In this document: positions 13,653 to 24,206 of the stretch, piece after piece
How positions within the stretch are numbered: position 1 is the stretch's first letter
Layout: each line of letters opens with the position of its first letter
Assembly: GCA_010909165.1 (NCBI GenBank)
Contig: VJWM01000068.1
Coordinates: 1,116,001 to 1,180,000 of the forward strand
Source of the DNA: Anthoceros angustus
Lineage: Eukaryota > Plantae > Anthocerotophyta
Length of the DNA: 64,000 nt
Direction of reading: 5' to 3'
The notes under the pieces: model-generated
The model's database searches: none
What the model was told of the DNA's origin: nothing
The model's input: the letters and a program-made list of their open reading frames with translations, nothing else
Program-made: the position numbers and the translations under genes

Positions 13653-13832
13653 TTAACAATGAGAGTGATATAAGTGCAATGTTATGCGTCCCTTAACATG
13701 GCCATTATCTAGTTAACAATGAGAGTGATATAAGTGCAATGTTATGCGTCCCTTAACATGGCCATTATCTAGTTAACAATGAGAGTGATATAAGTGCAAT
13801 GTTATGCGTCCCTTAACATGGCCATTATCTAG
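13653..13832. repeat. 60-bp tandem repeat, 3 identical copies
   Basis: ttaacaatgagagtgatataagtgcaatgttatgcgtcccttaacatggccattatctag at 13653, 13713 and 13773. Confidence 0.95.
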
Positions 13833-13848
13833 AAGACAATCGTATTGT

Positions 13849-13929
13849 CTGTGGACTCGAATTTTTTGGACTCGAATTTTGTGGACTCCAATGTTTTGGA
13901 CTCCAATGTTGTGGACTCCAATGTTGTGG
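13849..13929. repeat. 15-bp tandem repeat, about 5 copies
   Basis: t(g/t)tggactc(g/c)aat(t/g)t units. Confidence 0.9.
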
Positions 13930-15361
13930 TGTGGGCAAGGAAAGAAATGTGGATTCCCCTTAGGAAGGTAATAGGCGTGTTTTTTTGTTTTCTTTAGTGT
14001 GTGGTGTGGCAAATAAGGCGGGAAAAGGGAAATAAGGAAAAATGGGTTGGATTACAATGGACAAGAGGGGCTAACTGCTACGATACGAAAGGGTTTCTCT
14101 GAAACCCCTTTTTGGGACGTTCGGACCTTCACACATCGGAAATCCTGTGGAATCGACCTTTTGGTATTTCTCCCATGACATGTCACCCAAACATTTCAAT
14201 TATTGTTGCGATACGATATCTCACATTGGACATCGGAATTACGAGGGAAAGCGATCCGAGACATTCACGATCGCCTTTTCCTTGAGACCGCAGTATTTGT
14301 GCACAAACTTGTCGCGCACTCACATTTAAGCATCTCCACCACATGACAACGGTGTATGTTTCTAGCTAGTTTGGCGAATGTTGTCTTTCCGTCCTCGGAC
14401 GACGATGTCGTGTTCTCCCCGCAGCTAGGATCGTAAATAGCAAGAGGAAGATATGGCGTTTCTCCACCTGAACATGCTATTTAGTGAACGGGGTGATTAT
14501 TCAGCATGAGGGTTTTCTGCTCTTTATTTGCTGAAGGGGGTTTTGGATGGGTGTTGAATCCTTTGTTCACCGCTTGTCTTTGGAAAAGATGATCAAAGAA
14601 GGGTGAACACCAACACGAGAGCTTGCGTTTGCGTGACATGTGGAGCAATGGTTGTAGTTTACACCTATGCCGACTTTAGAGCCCATTTACAAAATGGAGC
14701 ACCATGACTGTGAAGATGAGTACATTTGACGATGCCCCACAAACAATCGGAAAACATGGTCCAACCAATGTCGAACTCTCATATTTCAAGTTTCCCCGAG
14801 AACGCTTCCACGCGGGTGGTGGTGGTATGGGTCATAGAATCCTTCGCGACATGGAATTCATGGAAATCGTGGGTGCGGGCGCCAGCGGCGCACGCCTCCC
14901 ACAATCCCAGAAAGTGATATGTCATCTCCTATCCCTTGGTAGGTTGGAGGAATCGATTTTTGAGACAAGAGGGCTGCTGTATGTGTGTCACCAACCATCT
15001 GACAGGATGCTATGTATAGTCATGTGACTAGCCGTGATCAAAACAGGAAAGTGCTGGGTATGGATGCATTATTAGTGACTGGCATCGTGCAAGCCCTAAA
15101 TGTGCACATGCTCTAAATGTGCAAATTGCGCAAAAGGGTGTCCCCTGAACTGCGCTAGTGCTTTAGGACTAAAACCGTTCAGTAATTGGAGCAGTGGAGT
15201 TTCCATCGGCTAACATCTTGTAGAATATACAGGTCGTTTCAAACTTTCCCCAAGGAGAATGGGCTACAATGAACGTATCGAATGTGTCTTGCACGGTTTC
15301 CCTTCTCAAAACAGAAAATGAGGCTACGGCCTATGCGCACTTTTAACATTCGAAGTGCAAT

Positions 15362-18300
15362 CTACTCTCCTTCTGAATTGACGCCGTCATCTTCGTTAGG
15401 TTCGGCATCATCACCGTCATCTTCACTGTCCTCTGTGCCACTTTGACTTGCTGGTTGTATGAAGCCCCGCAATTCATTCAGCTTGTCCTTGATTGCCTTC
15501 TTGTCTACCGCATATAGATGTTTCCGAGAATTCAAGGTGAAACCATAATACAAGATGACGGTTTTTTGTACATATACTTCCTGAATATTTTTGGGGTTAA
15601 ACCCTTCGAGCCCCTTTTTCCCGGTTTGTTGCTTGGCTGCCTGCCATCCCCCCGAATTATGTATTCTTCAACGTACCTACCCTCAAACGCATCTGTGCTC
15701 GATTACATGTACGGTGAACAAGTAAGTGAGGTGGGTCATCAAACAAACCGTCAATCACCTTCCCAATCCAAAATGGTGCATTGTGTGTCCGCTGGGCGCA
15801 ATGAACATGCCCTTATTTATTTCCAACACATCACCATTCAAACGTGTCATTCCCTCCTGTTGTCTTTCCAAGTTTTGGTATCGTCCCAAATACATATCTC
15901 GTTGTGGAAGGTCCCTCAACAACGCCTCCTGTAATAAAGCTTCATCAGGAAGTCGCAGAGGTTGGGCTGTTACTTCTACTTCGGACCTCGAATACCACTT
16001 CCAAGGATGCTGGAGGACGAGCCCAATGTTGTTTTGAACAATAAGAATCTCTTGTTGGTCCACCCGAGCTTCCCACCATTTGTATTCCTCCGATGTCACA
16101 TAAGGCCTAAGGGCCGAAAGACCTTCCTTCAAATGAGCCACACCATCCGTAGGTGATAAGTCCGCCAACTTTCCTTTTCTATCCCTTGACCGGAGGCGGT
16201 TAAGGAGTCGCTATTGTGTCCAACGCACGAATGTTAAAAACTCCAACCCGGCCTCTGTCTCCCAATAGGCTGATGTGGAATACTGCTTGCTCCTGATGAC
16301 AGTTACAAACCCACGGTCACCTTTGGCTTCTCTCGTAATTTTGAATTGGTGCTGGAAAGAGAGGTTGTTTAATTTTTTGACCGCCGCCTTGTATGCGTGT
16401 CCACCTTCCCCTTGCCTTATGGGCCAAACATATGACCGGAAGTCCGGAACTTCAGTCAATATCTTCACCTCCGGCTGTGGAGTGTACGCACTAATCAAAA
16501 TCTACAGCGGTGAAGAGTGTGAGCTTCCTTGTGTTTTAAGCTTTTGAAAAGCATGAAAACATTTGGTCGATTTGATCATGCGTATGCCCCACCAACAAAA
16601 CCCCACTTTCACCTTTTCAAACGTCCCCATGTCCACGAGCATGTTGAGATATGCAAAGCAGTTGATTCTTGTTCTCTCTGCAGTGTTGTCCAATTGCAAA
16701 TATAACACTTTCGGCAATACTCCTTCGTAGTTATGAATAACATCCTGGATGATGGTAATCGTAAGATTGGCATCATTCCGCAAGTTCGCATAATGCAAGT
16801 AAGCTCTTGCCTTAAACGTGTAATTGTGGATCATGCACCCAACCACATGAACCTGAATACGGCACTCCTCATCCAAGTTCTTTGGCCATCGAAGTAGATG
16901 GGGAATCTCCGTCTTCTTTTGGTCCATTCCATCGATTGAAAGTAGAAGGTACATATGTGGTTCTACATAACTTTGCTCCTGTGTTTCGCCATCTTCAGCC
17001 GCTCTTGATGTAACCGCAAACGATGGGCATCTAAAGCCGCTTGATATTTTTCTGCTTTGAAAACATACACACTCGTACATTTGAAGAGACATCCGCTTAG
17101 ATATGAAGGACCCTCCTATCTGGACGACATACCTGCGGCGACGTCCCAAATCGGAGGAAGAACCTTCATGTTCCGTCCTAGCGCATTTGCGAGACAATTG
17201 TCGTTGGCGTACTACGAGCAACCACAATCCATGCCATCGGCTTTTGGTTATGGAGGGCGTAGGCCGCCACATGTATAAATTGTAGGGTGACCCGTATGGT
17301 CCTTCGCCATGTGGGCGTTGGCGATTGGTATCCTCGGTACGGAACCCTATGGTGCCCTTAAAGAGCACTGAGGTGGGGCGCCGGCCGGCGCCCATCTCCG
17401 TGGGCTCTTAACGGCACCATAGGGTTCTTGGCCTCCAGGGCCGGGCGTCCCACCACATGTCTGTGGCCTCTCGGGGTTTCATCCCAAGGGTTTTGCATAT
17501 GTGGGACGACGGTCGGTGGCGTCACCATCCCATCATACAAAGATCGAAGACCGGTTATAGGGATCTTGCCCATAAAGCCTCGAGTTCAAAACAACCATTC
17601 CCCACTCAAGAAAACCATTCCATAAGTTCCCATGCATGTCAACCAGCCCGTCGAAAGTGGTAACAATTACCTTGATCGGATTTGTGGATGTGTTCCTAAT
17701 TGTGCTCTTGAGACTGCAGAGTGAGCACGTGGAAAACCTGTTGGATTTTGGTATTTTCACTCTTGGGAAGTTGCTTTTCCATAACTTCAAGAACCATGGA
17801 TATTTCACATAGAGGATCCCGGAGGTTTCGCATTGCGCTGTACATACTCCATATTTCCAACCTTGTGTATGTGTTTGGAAGGTTGAAGACCTCCACGTTT
17901 CGCGCTCGCCATCATTAGAAATGTCTTATCCATCCGTGATATCGCTCCCATAAGAAGAGGCGTGGTTTGGGGTTAGGCCTGAAACCATCCCACGGGCATT
18001 CGAAATGATTCTCTTGATTCCTCATATCTCACAGCCCTATGCAATATACTCTTCTAAATGCCTTCAAGCGGATGAATGGACCCCAAAATGTGTGTGCATA
18101 CTTTACCCCTTTCACATCCCCCTCTCTCCGCTTGAACCAAGGACTCTAGAAATGTCTCTTGCTCTGGCCTGCCCATCCTTAGGAATCGGTACCTCTGCTC
18201 CTGAAACTTTTCTTTTGTCAGCTTCTGCAAGCACATTTGATTGCAACATGGTTTTCGGAAATCCGCCGTCACTACCTCTCCTTCACTTTTCTTCAATGTG

Positions 18301-18880
18301 ACACCAGCTGCGCGTCTCCGTTGAGGTGCAATGCTTTGCTCGCTTGACGCAGTCAGCGTCTCACCCAGCGGCTTGGGATGGAGCGAGACGCCGGCGGTGT
18401 CGAAGTGGTCAGCTTCATCTTCATCCTCGGAGGGTTCGTGCTCCTGCCCAGTGGGAGGTCTTCTACCGTGACCACCATCAAACAAACCCCTGCGTGCAAC
18501 AGGTGGTCCATTCTCACGCAGCTTGAGGGATGAGGACTCTGGTCGGATCCGGGAGGCGTGTAGATGGGCTCCCTCAATGGTCACAGATAGATGCAAATTC
18601 GCGGGTGTGAGGCACACCTGCGCATGTTTGGTGACGCCAAGTGTCGACGCCTGTAGAGCCTACATGGGCGGTGCGAACACGACTTAACAAGCTACGACCT
18701 CTTCCAAAAGTGGGAAAAGCCGGTAACCACAACAAACCTTCATGTGGAGGACTCGTGGGTATTGCACCGAATATGTGAACTTGGAGGAGCGTTCAAGATA
18801 GCGAGCCTCTTCCTCCTGCGGACCATGTCTCCATTTCTTTGGAATTGCGAGGGGCCCGGGTCCTCCACTTGAACCTCCTG
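15362..18880 (-). pseudogene. Sola-like / DUF7869-type RNase H-fold DDD transposase, intron-containing, frameshifted
   Basis: Motifs in order across frameshifts: PCCNQMCL, LPNTYTRLEIWSMY, FLKLWKSNFPRVKIPKSNRFSTCSLC, SIDGMDQKKTEIPH (~16920), VHVVGCMIH, LQLDNTA-ENKNQ (~16690), VGHTHDQIDQMFS (~16555-16595). Confidence 0.8.
17342..17427. repeat. ~86-bp fold-back hairpin centred on the GGCGCCGGCCGGCGCC palindrome, inside a long predicted transposase intron
   Basis: gaaccctatggtgcc (17342-17356) is the exact reverse complement of ggcaccatagggttc (17413-17427). The inner arms also pair. Confidence 0.9.
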
Positions 18881-19702
18881 CGCCATGCATGGTCGTTGCA
18901 CAAGTTGCATCTTGTATCATGAATGGTATGCGGAAAAGACAATGGCGAAACAAGACCAACCTCATCTCCGCAGCGTGTCGTCAAATGCAACATCGCACGC
19001 ACTTATCGAAATGCGCAAGGAAGGAAAGCACAAGACTTTGCGAGCACCGTAGTGGCTAGCGGATATCAAGCCTCCCTCCACGGGGTATGGCGTCGGGACG
19101 GCCTCGCATCCCCGAGTGCCACCGCCTAAGAGGTTGATGGGATTGCCTCAAATAAGTGCGGACAATGAAGTGGTTGTGTGCATGCAGGATTATAACGGAA
19201 AATCCAAGCATAATTGCAGCCACTGGCGAAAAGTTGATGGCGGGCGGCGGTCTAAAATAGTAAGCTCGTCAAAATTGAGTTTAAGGTAGCGGGTTATTTT
19301 AGAGAAACACGGTTATGAAAACCATTTGGGGTTATGGAAGAAAACCCTACTTTTACACGCCGCTTAACTTCGTTCTTAAGGCCTCCTCTTTTGAACTTAA
19401 GGGCTACCGCTTGCAAGGCCGGTGGCAGCAGTTCACGTCCGTGATTTCGAGCGCAACACCTTTGTGACCGCTTCTTTTGTCGAGCGCACCACCACCGTAT
19501 GCGCATCTTTGGGAGTGAGGCGCCACACCGCCTCGCCCGCCCTAGACCGCCGCAAGCTCAGTTGAGCGCAACTTTGCAGCAGCAAGCTCGTAGCGGCGCC
19601 AAGCTCTTGAGAGGCGCGATCTTGAGCAGTGAGTTAGCGGTCACTGTTGTGCATCTCTTTGTGATTACGGAGTGGGGTTGCCTTGAATTGCAGAGATTGA
19701 AG

Positions 19703-22700
19703 ATGGCAAGCGGAGGAGCAAGAAGGACCAGCCTTTGGAGGAATATGACCGCCCGCCATGCGTGGCAAGAAGGCCGGAGGAAGCTCAAAGGCGAGGCGGC
19801 ACCGCGCCACGGCGGACATCGCGGAGGCACCTCCATCCAGTCGCCGGTTGGAGACATCTTGCCATCCGCCATGCTCCATGGAGGGGCGGCATTCTTGGGG
19901 CAAGCAAAATCGGGCAGCGATCCTCGCCAAAATCAGTTCCACAAAGGTTCTGGAGAGCAAGGGACGAAGAAGGTTGGTAAGAGCGAAACAACCTATTCCA
20001 TCCGATTCTACCTTACATGAGGAGACATCCATATCAGCGTGTATCCGGGGCAGCTCGACAATGTTGTGGTTGTGGAGAAGGACTGGATGCTTGTGCAGAT
20101 CCACGACCTCACGACCGCAATGCGCCATGGACCCCTTTGTTGAAGTTGTGGATCATGGGATATAGGGGGCTCGCCAAATCGAGAGCAAGAGCGGGGTTGT
20201 TTGGGCTACTTTGGACTTCAATGAAGGGAGCGAGTTCACTTTTTGTGCACCACAAAGGCATACCAGTATGAGGAAGTTTCCCAGGATCCGCGTTTATACA
20301 AGTCTCTTGTTCTTAGCCTGAAAGGGTTTCACTGGAAGAAGTGTGCACCTCGTGGCCTTGTTGAAGATTTCCGCGATTCCATGCGACAGGAGACAGTAAG
20401 TATTGCCCAGAACTGCATTCCTTCGCAGTTCTTCACATGTGAGAGTCACTGACATTGTGGATATGTTTTTCCTACCATCTTCCAGGCACCACTAGTTGCG
20501 AGGGCACTCATACGAGCTATCTGCGAAAAGATTACACAAACTATGAGGGCCCACAAGAGGGAAATGTCTATGCGTCGAGCCCAAGCCTCCATACAGAAAA
20601 CTGGTGATGTGGTGGAAGGTATGGAAGAAGATCATGAGGAGAGTGAGCTTGGCCCATCGACGAGGAAGATGGGGCTTTACCTTAGTCAAGCGCATTGACA
20701 GGCAAGAAGGATCCGGGGCATGTGAATCGACAGAGATGCCGAGGACCTTCCCAATCTTCTAACTCCGACTCCTTCCGTTATGGTTCCCACCATGCAATAT
20801 GACCCGGATGCGCGGCGGGCGCTGCCGCGCCTAGTCATCTTCAGTTCCCCAAGAGCGCCAACGCCGATCCGGACCGGTTTATAAGATTCAAGGAAGGTGC
20901 AGGTGGTTTGGGCGCCGGCCGGCGCCCTCGAATCCTCCCACCACAGGGGCAAAGAGCGGCATGGCCGGGTCAGGCGGGTTGGTCCCGGAGAAAAGGACAT
21001 GGCGGATGCGGGGATGTGGGTATGGGCGAAGAGGAGGCGCCGGCCGGCGCCCTCCTCAACCTTCATGCCCAAAGCATCAGTGACCTCGAGTGGCGCAAGG
21101 GCAAGGGAAGTGCGAGCGGCCGCACACAGTGGGACGGAGAATTGGGAAGGAAAACCAAGAAGGCAAAGAAGGGTGGAAGAGAAGATGCCATGGAGGGACA
21201 TAACCACGCTCATATTCAAACCGACGAGGAAAGGTTGGAAGAGGCTATGAGGGATGCGATCCATTGACTCGCTTAAGGGATTCATACTCAAGAAGGTGGT
21301 GCAGAAAGCAGTGTTAGTGAAGTTGGAGAACTTGAGACCCGGCGCCTGTTACTCGCACGCAGATCCGGAGGGTTGATGAGGCTTGGGCAAACTATCTTGC
21401 CCGTGTTATAGCGAAGGCGGATAGAGGAGGAGTTCGCCTCTTTTGTGTATGATTGATCCGAGCGAGTGTGCCGATCCGAGCAAGTCGGATCGGAAGCAAT
21501 GGCGTGCAAAGAAGTATGTCATGGGAGTTCTTGGTGGTAACCACACCCACGCAGCTATGAAGCACTTATCGGATATCTCACCCGGAAGAAGCGGTTCCAA
21601 TATGTTGAAGCACATGTGTATTGTGGGCTTACTGCATGAGATGCGGGTGCTTGCAATGATCACAATATGATGTCCGATCAAGAAAGAAGATGAACTTTAT
21701 AGAGCAAGTCGTATTTAAGGGACGAGTTGATCATCGCAAAGAGGAAGAAGTGCAAATGACCATGTCCGGAAATACAACTGCAAAGTCCTAGGTTTGATTG
21801 AAGACGATGAAGGGCGGAGGACGTGTACAAGCGTAACAAAGTGGACAATCGGACCCACATTCGTGTATTGCTAAGCGGGATGGGAAGGTGTGGGAGAATG
21901 TGGACAAGATTTTTTCCAAATGGGAAGCGGAGAGCTTCGAGCGGAAGAAACACGTTCTGCGAGGACAAGCAAGAAAGGGAAAGGCAAGCGCAAGCTGGCG
22001 GATGACCAAGCAGTTGATAGTGTGTACGTCAAGCCTAGAGACATGTTGGCCAAGCCTTCGAAATCTTTTCAGGGAATACCACTTGGAGAGTGTGGCCAGC
22101 AAATACTGATAAGCGCCACCGAGAAGGTGTTAACCGGACTGATAGATCTGAAGGGGATGGAGGAAGAGATCACACTTCGGAAAAAATTTCATATCATACA
22201 AGTAGCAATGGTGAAGCATCTCTGCTCGTCATTTGAAGAGGTGCGCGAGGAGTATCCTTTACATTCTACGGACAATATGCTAGCACGATTCCAAACAGCC
22301 TTCTCCGGAAAGGTATGTCCGCATCAGGTTTTTTTTTCGTCATATTGAACAGAGGGGGCGATGCGGGCGCCGGCCGGCGCCCGCACCGCCCCTCGCATAT
22401 GTTTCATGATGCTTGCGCCTCACTTCGCGATGGGTTTGTAGGGGCGCCCGCCCGCGCCTTCAATCCAACGCGAAAATGAGGGCGCCGGCCGGCGCCTCCC
22501 AGTAATGACTAACGAGGCTCGCAGCAATTGAAAGACATCAAGTCGACAAAACTCCCGGTGACTTCCAGATTTTATTTTCGAGATAAACAATTGGAAAGGG
22601 CTTGAAGAGCGGTAGCGCATTAGCGGACAAGGACACGGAGGAAGGTCTTGAGGTTTTCAGTTCCATCAACAGAGCCGGTACAATACCAAATCGAAAGTCG

Positions 22701-23757
22701 TGATGTACAAGATATGCGTGGTTTTCTCGGGCAAGGCACACTTCTCGTCATGGATGTGCCCCGAGGTTTTAACATTGGACCTATGGACAAGAGGGTGGAT
22801 AAGCAATGATGGATTCTGCCTTCCAAAGCTTCGAGAAGACCACTAGCGATGAACCGAGGATGATTGTGATGCATGGAGTGGAGGAGGCACATACAGTTAG
22901 AGAATCAATGCGAAAGTGGAGCAGAAAGGGCTTGGTGTCGCTCAGTATGGACAAGACAAACATGAACAATGACAGGGTGGATTTGAGGCGTGGAATACAT
23001 AACTATCGGATGGGGTCCAAGGATGGGAGCACAAAGGATGAATTGCAATGCTACCAAATGCTATGCATGGAACATTCAACAATGGAAGGTCCGTCATTGC
23101 TCACGACACTTGTCAAAAACAGTTTACATGTCACATGACAAGTTGGTGGTCCGCCTTACCGAGACCACTAGGGTTGATGACGAGACTTATTACAACCTTC
23201 TCCAAAGAGGGAGATTGGGTTGGATGCATGCTCGGGAGCGCACAATATTAGCGGCGTTACTTGCGGGAAGGAGTTGTATCGCCATCGAGGCTGACTTGAG
23301 ATGTGCAGGTTATATTTCACAAAGAATTCATGGATTTGAGGTGCTCCCAGATGCAGTTGAGGAGTTGAATTTTGAAGCCCACCGGAGAGGACTTGCACAG
23401 TTCTGGGCAAAGGAGGTTTGCATGAGCGAGAAGGACTCCTTGAAAGCACAAGTGGTTTCTTTGAGTGCCCGTCGGAATAAGAGCAGGACTGGCGATTTGT
23501 TGGAGGCTGGCCAACAAACACTCGAGACCGTTTGGCAGTCTGGGGCAGATGGTAATGATGAAGACACAGATGGGAACGAGGACTCGAGGGCTTTGGTTGA
23601 AGTCGACACTTTCGATGAGGAAGAACTTGAGCGGATACGGAACTTGGTAGTTTATGATTCGGTCAAAGCACCGGTTGAGTCACAAGTTAGCCCAGACGTA
23701 GACGCGTTTGTAGTTGTGAACTATTGTCCGCTAGTGGTCAATTTTGGCGGAACCTAA
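19703..23757 (+). pseudogene. ParB-like domain plus beta-class N6-adenine/N4-cytosine DNA methyltransferase (N6_N4_Mtase-like) fusion gene, intron-containing, frameshifted
   Basis: ParB-like QIRRVDEAWANYLARVI (21360-21410) and YVMGVLGGNHTHAAM (~21514-21560). MTase motif IV-like LLVMDVPRGFN (22741-22773). Then RPLGLMTRLITTFSKEGDWV-LDACSG-TILAALLAGRSCIAIEAD (23162-23295), matching the KPxxLxxxLIxxxSxxGDxVLDPFxGSGTTxxAAxxxGRxxIGxE consensus. Start codon uncertain. Confidence 0.78.
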
Positions 23758-24206
23758 AGCAGGATGGTCTCCAAGCGGCTTGGACACGTACCCATACCTA
23801 GTTTTGTTGTGTTATTACTAGGCCTTTTGTCAATGTGGAAATGGATCATCGCACAAAACAAACTACTTTTGAGGACTAACGGCGCCGGCCAGCCAGCGCC
23901 CTTGACCCTTCCTTCAGGTTTTGTTGTTTCACAAACTGCGCATTCAGCTGTAGGAATCATTGTCCATGGTATGGGACACCCCGAAATCCAAAAAAACACG
24001 GTTTTGGGAACCATGTGTTATCTGTGAAGGAGGTTTCGTTCAACCAGAAGGGGGTTCGGATATTCACCCCCTTCACTGAATACCATGTTACCTTGGGATT
24101 CGCCAAAGCCAAACGTCTCCAGATGTTGGTTGTCCCAAGTATCCTCGCCGCCTTCACTGGCTTCACCACCTTGGCGGCTGTCCGGTAAGACCGCCTCGGG
24201 GTCGCG

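Noticed and set aside
12582-13832. CRISPR-like appearance of the 25-bp and 60-bp arrays (also 39654-39751 and 41030-41280)
   Set aside because: The units are head-to-tail with no unique spacers, there are no cas genes, and the context is eukaryotic.
19703-23757. Bacterial contamination or prophage as the source of the ParB-MTase
   Set aside because: The gene has GT-AG intron-like segments (e.g. 20396-20485 and from 22313). It is flanked by eukaryotic TEs and shows no operon structure.
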